A stretch of 63,954 nt of DNA, filler included, from Octopus bimaculoides (taxonomy: Eukaryota), in the NCBI RefSeq assembly GCF_001194135.2. It is 6 parts of 6 records of this genome, joined end to end, with 100 filler letters (N's around TTAATTAATTAA, not from the genome) between each part and the next. Parts side by side here need not be neighbours in the genome. Positions count along the whole stretch, not along the records: positions 1 to 6,007 come from NC_068989.1; positions 6,108 to 17,436 come from NC_069008.1; 4 more parts are not named here. One strand, written 5' to 3'. This document shows, one piece after another, positions 1 to 13,140 of this stretch. Numbering within the stretch: position 1 is the stretch's first letter; every line of letters begins with the position of its first letter. Position numbers and translations under genes: made by a program. The notes beneath the pieces were generated by a model, which was not told where the DNA came from, made no database searches, and saw only the letters and a list, made by a program, of their open reading frames with translations.

Positions 1-356
1 ATATATAAGTATGTGTGTGTGTCTGTGTGTCTGTGCGTGTGTGGCACTCGGTCGGTTACGACGACGAAGGTTTCAGTTGATCTGATCAACGGAACAGCCT
101 GCTCGTAAAATTAATGTGCATGTGGCTGAGCACTCCACAGACACGTGTACCCTTAATGTAGTTCTCGGGGAGATTCAGCGTGACACGGCTGTCCCTTTGA
201 AATACAGGTATAACAGAAACAGGAAGAAAGAGTGAGAGAAAGTTGTGCTGAAAGAGCACAGCAGGGTTCACCCACCCCCTGCCAGAGCATCGTCGAGCTT
301 TACGTGTTTACGCTCAATAAACACTCACAACGCCCGGTCTGAGTATCGAAAACGCT

Positions 357-512
357 CTCTCCTTTTTCTCTCTCCTTGTTTCTTTCTGTGTTCCTTTCTG
401 TAGAAGAGCGTAGGCTCGAAACGTTAAAGACTTTCTCAATTCCCGAGCGTTATACTAATACATCTCTTTGTCTTCAACACCACCTGTCTTTGTTGATTTT
501 TTTGTGAATTCT

Positions 513-540
<28 letters not shown>
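357..540 (+). mobile_element. Penelope-type short repeat with a hammerhead-like motif and (TA)n tail
   Basis: CTTT-CTGTAGA-A-GAGC-GTAG-GCTC-GAAACGTT-AAAG at 394-429; a second, partly deleted copy at 21681-21820(-); Penelope assignment is inference. Confidence 0.5.
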
Positions 541-546
<6 letters not shown>

Positions 547-1469
547 TTTGTGTTTTTTGGGATTACGTATCAATTAATAAACTGTATAAATTCGAGAGCC
601 TTCTACTCGAAAGAGTGTTTACAGGAACTCTACTTTATCCCCAAGCGTTCAATTTAGAATTTTATAGCTGTAACGTACGTTAATATATGCCGGCCTTTGA
701 CAGTCATGCTATCGCTCCTCTCATCTGAGGTTAAATCTTTTACGGACGTGCTGTATCAAAAATCCTTACATATCATTATCATCATCATCCTCTAGACATT
801 ACTGTCTGGAGTTTTCCGACGGAGACGACCAATCCTCGCTGTATAAGTTGCCAATATCACAACATCCCTACTCCGAACGGGATGTTATTCCGTTGCAGTG
901 TTACCCATTTACAGTCGAGTTTAGGTACAATATGAATACACATATAAACGTAAATATCAAGACTCCTGATTGGCTAAATTCTCTTTTCAAGAACTTCCTA
1001 CTATTGATATGACTAAAGTGTATTTTATTTTACGGTTTCGAGGGTTCGAATCACTGAGGAGTCTATTTTTATTCTACGATCATTTTGGTTACTTGTAATA
1101 TGGCTGGTGATTTCGTATTACGTAATGCAAGAATTTTGAATAAATTACTATGCTACTGAAACGTATGTAGCATAATTGAACTCTCATTGTTTGTTTATCT
1201 TTTATCATATTTCTTTAACCGCAGGACATGTGTAACTAATCTTTCTACTGAGTTAGAGTTGCGGAATACCCGATATCATTGAATAACCGTTCTTGATCTT
1301 GGAATTCAATGACAAAATAAAGATATTGAATCATTAATTTATTAGTGTACATACAGAGTAAACCGATAGCCAGTCACATGCTGGAAGCTACCGAAGTAAT
1401 ATTGCGATCGACGTATATGGTGATGGTGGTAGTTGTGTGTGTGTGTGTGTGTGGGGAGGGGGTTAGTGT

Positions 1470-1622
1470 GCGTCGATCCCTATTGATCGACCTTTTTTTT
1501 AACGATCCTTTTTGATCGAATTTCTACCCCCTTTTTTTTATTCCTTCTCTTCCCAAAAAGAAAAGCTCTACTTTGTATTTTGTCCCCTCTGTGGTCAGCC
1601 CTGTGTGGCCAATAAAGGAACA
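1470..1622 (+). mobile_element. Isolated 3' end of the same Tx1-like LINE family
   Basis: GATCCTTTTTGATCGAATTTCTA...AAAGCTCTACTTTGTATTTTGTCCCCTCTGTGGTCAGCCCTGTGTGGCCAATAAAG matches about 31620-31745. Confidence 0.75.
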
Positions 1623-1856
1623 TATATTGTCTGTATGTTTTAATTTATCTTATTTCTCTTAGAAACTAAAAAGTGCTCAGCCTTTGTACATATGCGCGCG
1701 TGCATGCGCGCACACACACAGACGTACACACTTTGTGTATGGTCACATCTATATGTATAGGTGCGTGTGAGTGTGTGTGTGTGTATGTGTGTACACGTAC
1801 ATATTAGTAAACCGAAAGTTCACTGGTCTACAGCTGTTACCAGTTTCCAACATATC

Positions 1857-1887
<31 letters not shown>

Positions 1888-2430
1888 TCATCATCATATT
1901 CATCATCAGCGTTATCATGATTATTTATCATCTCTTATTATCATTTGTCATGTTTTCAACAGTTTTTATGCAAGTGTCCCCTGCACCACCGTCATCGCCA
2001 CAACCGTCACCATTAACAGTTGTATCTATGTGTTACTTCTGTTATTATCACCACCACCACCACCATCACCATCATCATCATCATCATCACCACCATCATC
2101 ATCGTGATCGTCATCATCATCTTCATTGTTGTTGTTGTTGTAGTACTGGGTCTTTATTCTAGATGGAGTAGACGGGATCTTTGTCACTATGCAGTGCCGT
2201 ACATTTCGCTGGTTGGTATAGCTTTCAGCCCCTAAGTTGGTATAGCATTCACTTTCACGGCCTACACTGGATCTTCTTTCAATTTCAAGATCCATGTCCT
2301 TGAATGTTTCGGTCCCCACTTTCGTGCGATTTTATATTCTGAAGGAATCAATTGCGATTTCAGTTACATTCTTTGATAACTACATCTAAATATTTTGTCT
2401 TGAGCTCCTTATCAACCTGGACAAGCATAC

Positions 2431-2511
2431 CCCATATTTCGCGTATGATTCCGGTTTATAGAACTTGTCCTGATAAATTTCCCAGTTGATGTGGCTGCGC
2501 TTTGATTGTTT
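2431..2511 (-). CDS. Candidate 81-nt exon of an unidentified gene
   Basis: Minus strand attttcccag|AAACAA...TATGGG|gtatgc, open as KQSKRSHINWEIYQDKFYKPESYAKYG; a 92-nt intron leads to a second acceptor (ttgattccttcag) at 2338; no homology recognised. Confidence 0.25.
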
Positions 2512-3211
2512 CTGGGAAAATACTCGAAATTGACATACATAGACATGTTGACAGTGACTTCAAAGTTTCGGTCAGTTAAATCAACGTCATCAATCCGACG
2601 ATGGGTTAGCTAGACGAAACTCCGAAGACACTGTTTAAGAATAACGAATTTGTAATCTACAAAAGTACAGAGTAACCCACTAGATTAATGAAAAATTGTT
2701 TTTATAATAACTGAACATAAAAACATACATACATACATACATACATACATACATACATACATACAGCCTCTACATATATATGTGTTTGTGCGCATGTGTG
2801 CGCGTTTGTATTTGTGTGTTATAGTTCATAGCTCTTCAGAGTTTTAGGCGAATTGATCAGTTTGGCCATGTCGAAGAGAACTGGCCAGACTCGTCAATTT
2901 TCCTTTTTATCGTCGTTTGGACATAATTCATCAAATTTACTCCAAAATATGAATCGCATTATGTATATTGAGTGCTTGAACACACACACGCACACACACG
3001 TGCACGCACACACACACACACACACACAAACACAAGCACGCTCGCACACACGTAAAGCATAAGGTCACGGAGTAAGAGAAGTAAATATAGATTTATTTCA
3101 ACACGTATGTGTGTATATATATATACATATTATATACATTTATATACATACATACATATATATATACATATATATAAATATATACATATATATATACACA
3201 CATACACAAAC

Positions 3212-3266
<55 letters not shown>

Positions 3267-4870
3267 AGGAGAGTGTGTCTTATATTCATACGTACACACA
3301 ATTTGCCTGCGTGTTTGTGTGCATATGTGCGCATGCGTGTATGAATAATTATAAAAAAACGTGTGTGTGCTTGTGTATGTATGTCTATGGAAAAGTGTGT
3401 TTATGCCCAGCTGTTGCATTCTAATTTATACATACATGTGTAGATAATAGATTACGACTAATGTCTAGTATAGAATTGATGAAGCCTGAGTCGAAGAGGA
3501 AGTGAGAGCCTACAAACAGAAATATAACTGTCTCTGTTTTACATTTAGACATAGAGACACGTTGACATTATATATACAAACACGTGAATATAAATATCTA
3601 TGGGTGAAGGTGTGGGTGTGTGGTAAGAAGGTTGCTTCCCAACCACCGGGTTCCGGGTTCAGTACTACTATGTGGCACCTTCGGCAGGTATCTTTTACGA
3701 TAGCCTCAGGCCAACCAAAGCCTTGTGAGTGGATTTGGTAGACGGAAACTGAAAGAAGCCAGTCGTATATATAATATATATATATATATATCTGTCTGTG
3801 TGTGTGTGTGTCTTTGTGTCTATGTTTGCTCCCCACCATTTGACAAGCGGTGGCGGTGTGTTTACGTTCCCGTTATCTAGCGGTTCGGCAAAAGGACCGA
3901 TAGATAAGTATCAGGCTTAAGCAAGAATGGAGTCGATTCGACTAAAATTCTTCAAGGATGTGCACCAGCATGGCCACAGCTTAATGCCTCAAACTAATAA
4001 GAGATAAAATATAGACGTGGTTGTACTATTTCCGATGTAGTTTGAGCTTGGAGATCTTTATGGAATCATCGCCACGAAAGCTTTGAAACGCATCCCTCAT
4101 TGTTGAATATCTCATCCACATTTTTTCTTGTTGAGAAAATTGAAAATCAATGAAAATAATTGCGCTTAACATTTCTTAAGAACATCTCAAGATGAATAAA
4201 AACTAACTATTTGTGATCTCTAAGAAGTTTACAGTAACAAAAATGTAAATTCGTAAACGCAGAGCAGTTATAATCCAAATAAAACATCGATTCGTTATTT
4301 AGGAACGGAACCCGTAGAAATTGCTCGTTTTATAAATGTTCTCACTTCTATTTTCGTGTTTGAATTTATAGATTTTCATTACAATGTTGTATAACATTGT
4401 TGTATTCATCATTTTTTTTATTATATCTTCAGTTTTGTTCCATAGTAAAGAGTGTAACCTTCCAAATCATTTTATTTGATTATATCTCAGATTTCCTTCC
4501 ATAGTTGAGCATCCGTTGCGTTTTTCTATGAGTCACCTTTATATTCAAGATTTCGTTCCGTATTTAAGATTATTCAATGTGTGGTACTCGACCACATATC
4601 ATGAGACGCAGAGTAATATTGGAGTTGTAAATACGTGATATTGCAATGTAAACATCACGTGAATTAAATTTAATCTGTCATTCGAGTTTAAAGTCAAATA
4701 TAGTAAAAGAAAGACAACAGCTAATCAGAATTCAAATTTATATCATGAAATAAAAGACTCCAAAATTTCGTTTGAATTCAAGGGCTCCATTAATGAAGGT
4801 ATTAAGCCCCCATCGGGCGCGCGCGTGTGTGTATATGTGAATGTGTATGTATGTGTGTGTATAAGTGTGT

Positions 4871-4901
<31 letters not shown>

Positions 4902-5081
4902 NNNNNNNNNNNNNNNNNNNNNNNNNNNNNNNNNNNNNNNNNNNNNNNNNNNNNNNNNNNNNNNNNNNNNNNNNNNNNNNNNNNNNNNNNNNNNNNNNNN
5001 NNNNNNNNNNNNNNNNNNNNNNNNNNNNNNNNNNNNNNNNNNNNNNNNNNNNNNNNNNNNNNNNNNNNNNNNNNNNNNNNN

Positions 5082-5123
<42 letters not shown>

Positions 5124-5971
5124 GATGTTGGTGTGTTTACGTCTCCGTAACTTAGCCGTTCAGCAAAAAAGCCGATAGAATAACTACTAGGCTTACAAAG
5201 AATAAGTCTTGGGATCGATTTGTTCGACTAAAGGCGGTGCTCCAGCATGGCCGCAGTCAAATCACTAAAACAAGTAAAAGAGTAAAAGAATATATATCGT
5301 ATGTATGCGTGTCTTTGCATTTCTTCCACGCGCCGCTTGACAACTGGTGTTGGTTTGTTGACGTCCCGGTGAAACAAGTAGATTAAGTACCAGACATAGA
5401 ATAGGTACTGGGGTTCGATGTTTTTCAACGAAATCAGCAATATTGTGTTTGTGTTTGAAGGTTGTGAGCTGGCAGAATGGTTAGCACGCCTGACAAAACA
5501 CGTCATTGGCCTGAGTTCAAATTCCTCCGAGATCGACTTTGCCTTTCATCCTTTCCAGGTCGATAATACTCGTACCAATTGAGCTCAGGGGATGGTGTAA
5601 TTGACTAGCTCCCTCCCCTCTAAATTTCAAGCCTTGTGCCTTTAGCAGAAAGGAATATTATCGTGGATCGATGGTGAAGTTTACAGATATTGCATTGATG
5701 CTAGCGTTTTTTATTTTCCTTCGAAAGGTTTCTTGAACAGATTCCCATCAAATTTAAGATATTCTTAATAGATTTACTACAAAGTTTAAAGATTTCTCAG
5801 AAGTTAAAAAATTAGACGCAGACATGAATGTGCAGTTAAGAAGCTCGTTTTGCTATGAATGTGCTCTCATAATAGTCCTACGGTGCAGCACCTTGGATAT
5901 AAATCTCTTCTACAATAGCCACGGGCCAACTGATGCTTTGTGAGTGAAATTTTGTGTGTGTGTGTGTGTGT

Positions 5972-6007
<36 letters not shown>

Positions 6008-6107
6008 NNNNNNNNNNNNNNNNNNNNNNNNNNNNNNNNNNNNNNNNNNNNTTAATTAATTAANNNNNNNNNNNNNNNNNNNNNNNNNNNNNNNNNNNNN
6101 NNNNNNN
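6008..6107. other. Artificial scaffold-join spacer N44-TTAATTAATTAA-N44 (1 of 5)
   Basis: Exactly 44 N + 12-mer + 44 N; the palindromic 12-mer gives TAA in all six frames. Confidence 0.95.
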
Positions 6108-6688
6108 ATATATACACACACACAATCACATATATACATGTACACACACACAGACACTATATACATATAGCCATATACACATATATATGTATGTATAGAT
6201 GTGTATATATATATGTATGTATGTATATAAATGTGTGTGTATGTATGTGTGTATGTGTGTATGTATTGTATATAGTATAAAAGCAAACAACAGGACCAAG
6301 ATTCTCACTTTGCGACTCAATGCAAAATCAGAAGCAAAGCAAGAAGGAAAACACATACCATTACTGACCACCACCACTGAAACTAACAAACTAAACACAG
6401 CAAAAAAAAAAAAAAAAGAGCTAACCCACAGCTCGCCACTGCTTAACTGAACTGGTCGATGACCATCCGACCCCTTCGGTGACCCGTACTATTACTGCTA
6501 TTCGTAGCCCATTACCTCCATACTTTTCTTTGGTGAGGTTTGTTATTGTTTTTTTTTTTAGCACACGCATAAAAAAGGGGGCTGGCCCTTTGAATTTGAA
6601 CGGTGAAATTCTTTTACCCAGCTGCGGCTAACTGGTGACCATCGCTCCCTACTTTGATCACCCCCACCAGATGGGCTGTAATTAAATC

Positions 6689-6746
6689 ATGGAGTTAACC
6701 TATGCACACCTAGTGTCTGCCCTTCTCATTGGGTTAACGATCTCAG
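6689..6746 (+). CDS. Probable first coding exon of a secreted/membrane protein (signal peptide)
   Basis: aatcATGG start context; MELTYAHLVSALLIGLTIS then a strong phase-1 donor CAG|gtaagg; unique CpG-containing sequence upstream (6430-6688); no downstream exon found. Confidence 0.55.
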
Positions 6747-7133
6747 GTAAGGAAACGGAAAAATCTTCTGATTTTCATTTGCTAATTCCTTCCAGTTTAT
6801 TGTTTTCCCGTCTCTCTTCTTCTTCTTCTTCTTCTCTCACCTTTCTTTCTCTCTTTCATTTTGCTTTTTCTTCTCTTATCTCTCACCCTTCTTTTTTTGT
6901 TTTTCATCTTCTTTCTCTTTTTCTTTCATTGTTTCATATTTTTCTTGTCCTGTTTTTCTTTCTTTCTGGCTTTCATTCATTCTTTCTTTCTTTCTTCCTT
7001 TTTCATTTTTTCCGTTTTATCTTTCTTTCGTTTTTCTTTCTCTTCTTCATTCATACATCTTTTTTCTCTTTTATATTTTCTTTGTCCATCTGCCTGCCAG
7101 TCTCTCTCTCCCACGTTCTCTCTCTCTCTCTCC

Positions 7134-7164
<31 letters not shown>

Positions 7165-7232
7165 CCTACCTGTTTGTCTTTATATCTATCTGTTCTTCTC
7201 TCCATTTATCTATCTAATTATCTATCTGTCTG

Positions 7233-7351
<119 letters not shown>

Positions 7352-8108
7352 NNNNNNNNNNNNNNNNNNNNNNNNNNNNNNNNNNNNNNNNNNNNNNNNN
7401 NNNNNNNNNNNNNNNNNNNNNNNNNNNNNNNNNNNNNNNNNNNNNNNNNNNNNNNNNNNNNNNNNNNNNNNNNNNNNNNNNNNNNNNNNNNNNNNNNNNN
7501 NNNNNNNNNNNNNNNNNNNNNNNNNNNNNNNNNNNNNNNNNNNNNNNNNNNNNNNNNNNNNNNNNNNNNNNNNNNNNNNNNNNNNNNNNNNNNNTCTCTC
7601 CCCTATCTATATTCCTCAATTTTCCAAACGTCTCTTCCTAGTTCTGCAAACATTTAGCACGGATTTTCAAACCTCTTCATTCTTCTTTAAACAATCAAAC
7701 AACAAAACAAACAAAGCAATGGAAAGCTTTTTAATGTGGACACAAACTGTTGTTTTTATTATTATCATTATTATTATTAATTTTATTATTATTATTATCA
7801 TCATCATTATTAAACATTACCATTGACAAAAAAAACATAATTATTAATAAAGAAAACAGTTTAATAATAAATAAATAAAACATTATTATTATAATTACTT
7901 TTATTGAGGCAGCCAGCTGGTAGAACCCTAGGCATGTCATTCCAGATGATCACTGAGATCAATGTAATCAACTGGCCCCACCCCTTCCCAAATTATGGGT
8001 TTTGTGCCTAGAGCAGACCCCCTCATCCTTTGCCCTTATGGCAAATAAATGAAATCATCATTATTATTATCATTATTATTATTATAATTATTATTATCAT
8101 TATTATTA

Positions 8109-8337
8109 TTAACCCGTTAGCATTCAGATTACTCTGTCAAATGTAATACTAATTTTAATTACATTGTTTTAAGTTAATTGTACAGCATCTTGTAACTCTG
8201 AGATTTTGATGATGTCCCTGTTCATTTTAAGAATGACTTTGTAGGGTAGGTGTGAGAGGTCAGAGCTGGCTGGTTTGAGCATAAAACTGGAATACAATTT
8301 TGGTCTGATATGTCCAGTTTAAACACTAAAGGGTTAA
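8109..8337. mobile_element. piggyBac-type MITE (TTAA|CCC...GGG|TTAA)
   Basis: TTAA at both ends (8109-8112, 8334-8337); imperfect TIRs CCCGTTAG/CTAAAGGG; related copies at about 15362-15560 and 27104-27325. Confidence 0.75.
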
Positions 8338-8868
8338 GGTGGTGAGCCGTCAGAATCATTGGCACACTGGGCGAAATGCTTAGCAATATTTCGTTCATCT
8401 TCAAGTTCTGAGTTCAAATTCCGCCGAGGTCGACTTTGCCTTTCATCCTATCAGGATCGATAAATTAAGTACCAGTCAAGTACTGGGGTCGATGTAATTA
8501 ATTATTTTCCTCCTCCAAATTTCAGGCCTTGTGCCTATAGTAGAAAGGATCATTGTTATCATTATCATAATAATTATTATTATTATTTAGCATTCCAGAT
8601 GAAATGCTGAGAGGTATTTCGTCTGTCTTCGTGTTCTGAGTTCAAATTCCGCCAAGGTTGACTTTGCCTTTCATCCATTCGNNNNNNNNNNNNNNNNNNN
8701 NNNNNNNNNNNNNNNNNNNNNNNNNNNNNNNNNNNNNNNNNNNNNNNNNNNNNNNNNNNNNNNNNNNNNNNNNNNNNNNNNNNNNNNNNNNNNNNNNNNN
8801 NNNNNNNNNNNNNNNNNNNNNNNNNNNNNNNNNNNNNNNNNNNNNNNNNNNNNNNNNNNNNNNNNNNN

Positions 8869-8928
<60 letters not shown>

Positions 8929-9199
8929 CATCATTATTATTATTTAAGGTGCCAAGCTGGCTGAATCGTTAGCACGCTGGGCAAAATGCTTAGCAGCATT
9001 TCGTTTGTCCTAGCATTCTGAGTTCAAATTCTGCAAGGGTCGACTTTGCCTTCCATCCTTTCAAGATTAATAAAATAAGTACCAGCTGAATACTAGGGGT
9101 TGATGTAATCAACTTACCTCTGTCCTGAAATTGCTGGCCTTGGGCCAACATTCGAAGCCTATATTATTTTTATTTCATTTACGCACAACAGATTAAACT

Positions 9200-9290
9200 G
9201 TTGGAAAACAAAAATTCCTAACATCAAGAAGCTCAGAACCTTCCTAAGTATCCAAGCAGTCCCTAATAATTCTGTTTTCTGTTTTATTAT
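9200..9290 (-). mobile_element. Probable R4/Dong-type LINE C-terminal fragment
   Basis: QKTELLGTAWILRKVL resembles the R4/Dong terminal motif QK..LLGTA.ILR.VL; adjacent to (TAA)n. Confidence 0.55.
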
Positions 9291-9296
9291 TATTAT

Positions 9297-9585
9297 TGTA
9301 GGGTTTTCGAGCGAGATCGTTGCCAGTGCCCCTGGACTGGCTCTTGTGCAGGTGGCACATAAAAGACACCATTTCGAGCGTGGCCGTTTTCGTGCGGGTG
9401 ACACGTAAAAGCACCCACTACACTCTCGGAGTGGTTGGCATTAGGAAGGGCATCCAGCTGTAGAAACTCTGCCAAATCAGATTGGAGCCTGGTGTTGCCA
9501 TCCGGTTGCACCAGTCCTCAGTCAAATCGTCCAACCCATGCTAGCATGGAAAGCGGACGTTAAACGACGATGATGATGATGATGA
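9297..9585 (+). mobile_element. RTE 3'-end repeat (family C), representative copy
   Basis: GGAAGGGCATCCAGCTGTAGAAACTCTGCC...CCAACCCATGCTAGCATGGAAAGCGGACGTTAAACGA(TGA)n; other approximate copies at 12222-12482(-), 15555-15680(-), 23800-24000(+), 24795-25290(-), 32708-32868(-), 35179-35508(+), 38063-38125(+), 38940-39097(-), 42140-42310(-), 42960-43050(-), 44030-44175(-), 47018-47200(+), 55141-55240(+). Confidence 0.85.
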
Positions 9586-9714
9586 TTGTTATCATAATTA
9601 TTATTGTTGTTGTTTTTGTTATTAAGACTGGCAGCACCATCCATAATAATAACAATCATAATAATGATAATAATAATAATGATGATGATGATGATGAAAA
9701 TAATAATAATTGCC

Positions 9715-10290
9715 CAGATGCAGTTCCAGGCAGTGGCTCTCGTGGCTTCTGATCTTAATTGATTGGAAGTGGTTATCATGTACATTGTTTTGTCTTGGTA
9801 CAAAAGATGGGCCACAGCAAATATTCTGCTTAATACCACAGATTTGCTTTTCAGTTGTATGACCTTAACCAGTTGAGCATGTCCCTTGGTGGCTGACGAT
9901 ATGTGCATCTCTGATCAGGAGCAGAAGTAGTGGGGGAGCATCATAGCCATGTGTCGAGAGGAATTCTTTGGGGTTTGAATAATTCACTTTTGGAAACATG
10001 GGTGTCTTGTTCATCATCCTTAAACAAACCTTATTCAGGGACCTTTTGAGCGGGATGGGCTACTCAACCTGAAGAAAATTCTAACTGAGCCCCACCTGCG
10101 AGGTCATGCGCTGTTTATCTTGATATGAGATCACCATGCCGTACACATGTGGTTGGGATGCATGTGCCTGGTGTACCCTTATCAGACGGGTAGTCATGAT
10201 GGGTATATTGGGCTTCATATATTTGTACCCTAGTATCACTTTGATGGCATGCACTGCTCTCTCACTCAGTAATAATAATAATAATAATAA
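9715..10290 (+). repeat. Probable LINE 3'-end type repeat with (TAA)n tail
   Basis: Non-coding GC-richer block ending CTGCTCTCTCACTCAGTAATAATAAT; family unassigned. Confidence 0.4.
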
Positions 10291-10854
10291 TTGTAATAAT
10301 AATCAGATAATGATTTCAAATTTTAGCCACAAGTGCAGCTTGGGAGCCAATACCAGTCCCACTTGCACCACATACCCCATCATAGCTATCACAACTCGTC
10401 CACCACCATCGTAAACAAAAACAAAAAAAACAGCACAACCCTAACCCTAACCACCACCACCACCGTCTTGTGGGCTGCTAGAAGTTCTTAAGTGTTGTTT
10501 CTGTCTCCACTCCTTTTCAGCATATCTTTTACAGTCTGGGTTCTTTACTTACATTCCGTAACTCATGTGTTTGTGCTTGTCAACAGCATCACCACAATCA
10601 TCATCAGCATCGCTGTCGTCGTCGTCGTCATCGTCATCTTCATCATCACAATGACTATCGTCATCTTCAGCGTCATCAACTGCCTTTCATCCTTTCGGGG
10701 GTGATCAAATAAGTACCAGTTACGCACTGAGGTTGAAGTAATCAACTTAATCCCTTTCTCTGTCCTTGTTTGTCCCCTCTATGTTTAGCCCCCAGTGGGC
10801 AATAAAGAAATATATATACACACACACATACATACACATATATCTATATATACA

Positions 10855-11470
10855 CAGGGTGTAATGGGTAAATTGTCACCATTTTATATTTTTAATTTCA
10901 CACATTTTTGATTTTGTTGACTACACAGTATAGTAGGGTCAGTTGGGCACCGTCTATGAGAAAAACAGCACCATGACGCAATTCACTCTACCAGAAATTG
11001 GTAATGACATGCTGTACTGCTTGGATTTCGTGCTGGAAGCTCCAATACAAACATTTCAAAGTGTTTGGGTCTCAATCTGGGGACACGTACTGAGAGTGAT
11101 AAAAATCAAACGTCCAGTCAACATCATGGTGTTTGGAGTGATCACTAGTGATGACAACGTTATGCCTCCTTTCATCTTCCCNNNNNNNNNNACTAGTGAT
11201 GACAACGTTATGCCTCCTTTCATCTTCCCACACAGCCTCAGACTCAACACAGAGGCCTACATCAAGTGCCTGGAGGAGGTAGTGCTGTCTTGAGTGAAGA
11301 GTGTGGTTGCTGGAAGACCCTATGTCTGTCAACAGGACTCTGCACCATGCCACACAAGCAGGAGAACCCAGTCATGGCTGTCAGACAATTTTTGCAACAA
11401 CATCACCCCTAAATATGGCAACCCAACTCCCCAGACTGCAACTCCATTGATTATTATTTGTGGGTTGTCC
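10855..11470 (+). mobile_element. Internally deleted Tc1/mariner transposon remnant, DD37D (maT-like)
   Basis: Left end CAGGGTG; HTH remnant (HAVLLGFRAGSSNTNISKCLG); MVFGVITSD..MPPFIF; QQDSAPCH...IWQPNSPDCNSIDY with 37 residues between the 2nd and 3rd Asp after repairing one frameshift; contains stops. Confidence 0.85.
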
Positions 11471-11539
11471 GTTATTAATACAAAACAATGTGAATAAACA
11501 AGCATTACGTTTGACAAAGTAATCTAAATGCCAAAGGGT

Positions 11540-12200
11540 TAAAGTGATTTTAATTAAAACCTTCTTGAATGAGAATTTCAAATTAATTTACGTTCCAAAC
11601 AACAGCTTAATTATAAAGGTAACGTATATCAACATAAATATGGTAACAAAAGGGTTTTAAAATAGGGACTACTTTAGAAAGTTAGGGAGCGTCTATGTAG
11701 CCAAAAGCCAAATTTCCCCCTCATCAAATTCCTTACTGTTCTTAATCTCCTTGATGCCAACCCACCTGTGACTACCCCTGGCTCTTTAATACAAAGTTTC
11801 TGTTCTAAATTGATCTAAATTAAAACTTCCATCAAAATTTCATGTTAATTTATGTTCGAAATACAAAGCAGCGAGCTGGCAGAATCATGTCCACACAAGG
11901 CAAAATGCTTGGTGGCATTTTATTTCTCTTTACATTCTGAGTTCAAATTTCACTGCAGTCAACTTTGCCTTTCATCCTTTCAGGTTAAATAAAATAAATA
12001 CTGGAGTCGATGTAACTGACTTACACCTTCCCCTGTAATTGCTGGCCTTGTGCCATAATTTGAAACCATTTTATGTTCTAAACATTAGTTTAATAATAAA
12101 GGCAATGTATATCAACATAAATATGGTAACAAAAGGGTTTTAAAATAGGGACCACCTTAGAAAATAAGGGAGCGTCTATGTAGCCAAAAGCCAAATTTCC
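11540..12200. repeat. Tandem pair of a related MITE-like unit, with a SINE A insertion
   Basis: ATATGGTAACAAAAGGGTTTTAAAATAGGGAC...GGGAGCGTCTATGTAGCCAAAAGCCAAATTTCC at about 11635-11718 and 12118-12200; SINE at about 11866-12070 flanked by TTTATGTTC. Confidence 0.65.
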
Positions 12201-13140
12201 ACCACATCAATCATCATCATCATCGTTTAACATCCGCTTTCCCATGATTGATGTGGTGGNNNNNNNNNNNNNNNNNNNNNNNNNNNNNNNNNNNNNNNNN
12301 NNNNNNCTAGCATGGGTTGGACGATTTGACAGAGGACTGGCAAGCCAGAAGGCTGCACCAGGCTCCAATCTGATTTGGCAGGGTTCTCTACAGCTGGATG
12401 CCCTTCCTAACACCAACCACTCCGAGAGTGTAGTGGGTGCTTTTACGTGCCACCCGCACGAGGGCCAGTCAGGTGGTTCTGGCAAATAATAATTTCAAAT
12501 TTTGGCCCAAGGACCTCAGTATTCAACTGGTACTTATTTTATCAGCCCCGAAAGGATGAACGGCAAAAGCCGGCCTGGAAGGAATTTGAACACAGGACAT
12601 AAAGACCGATGAAAAGCTGCTAAGCATTTCGCCCGGCATGCTAACTATTCTGCCAGCTTGTACCTTACACAGCTTAATAAGAAGTGGATTATTTTATTAA
12701 ATTCTTCCTTATTCTCGAAATTAATTCAAACGAAGACTCTGTATTTCGTGGGAAATATGATAACAAATAGGTTAAACACATTTTAGAAACAAATCTTTGT
12801 CAGGGTTAAAACATGAGTCAGACTTTGTGTTATCTGTGAACAGAAAATATGACTAACAATGTGTCAAGGTCCACCATTACTTCTCATTGTATTAGTTTAC
12901 ACTTTCTATAGAAATTTCCCTCAATATTTCATGAAGGAGGCACTAGTTCACACAAAATGTGGCACATGGTGAATGGGATATCATGAGAAAATATTGATAA
13001 GTAACTACTGCAAAACTAACTTCTGTTTGATTAAAATAATCGGCCATATTTAGGGAATCCAGAATTGAATGTTTCTCTCTCAATTTTTATGTCTTCTCTC
13101 CATCTGTTTTCTCTCTTCATTCCTTTCTGTAGAACATGGA

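Noticed and set aside
10436-10451. (CCCTAA)2 interstitial telomere-like repeat
   Set aside because: Too short; expected by chance in a low-complexity region.
11143-11229. Direct duplication of about 38 bp inside the mariner remnant
   Set aside because: The copies flank a 10-N gap, which is typical of overlapping contig ends (assembly artefact).
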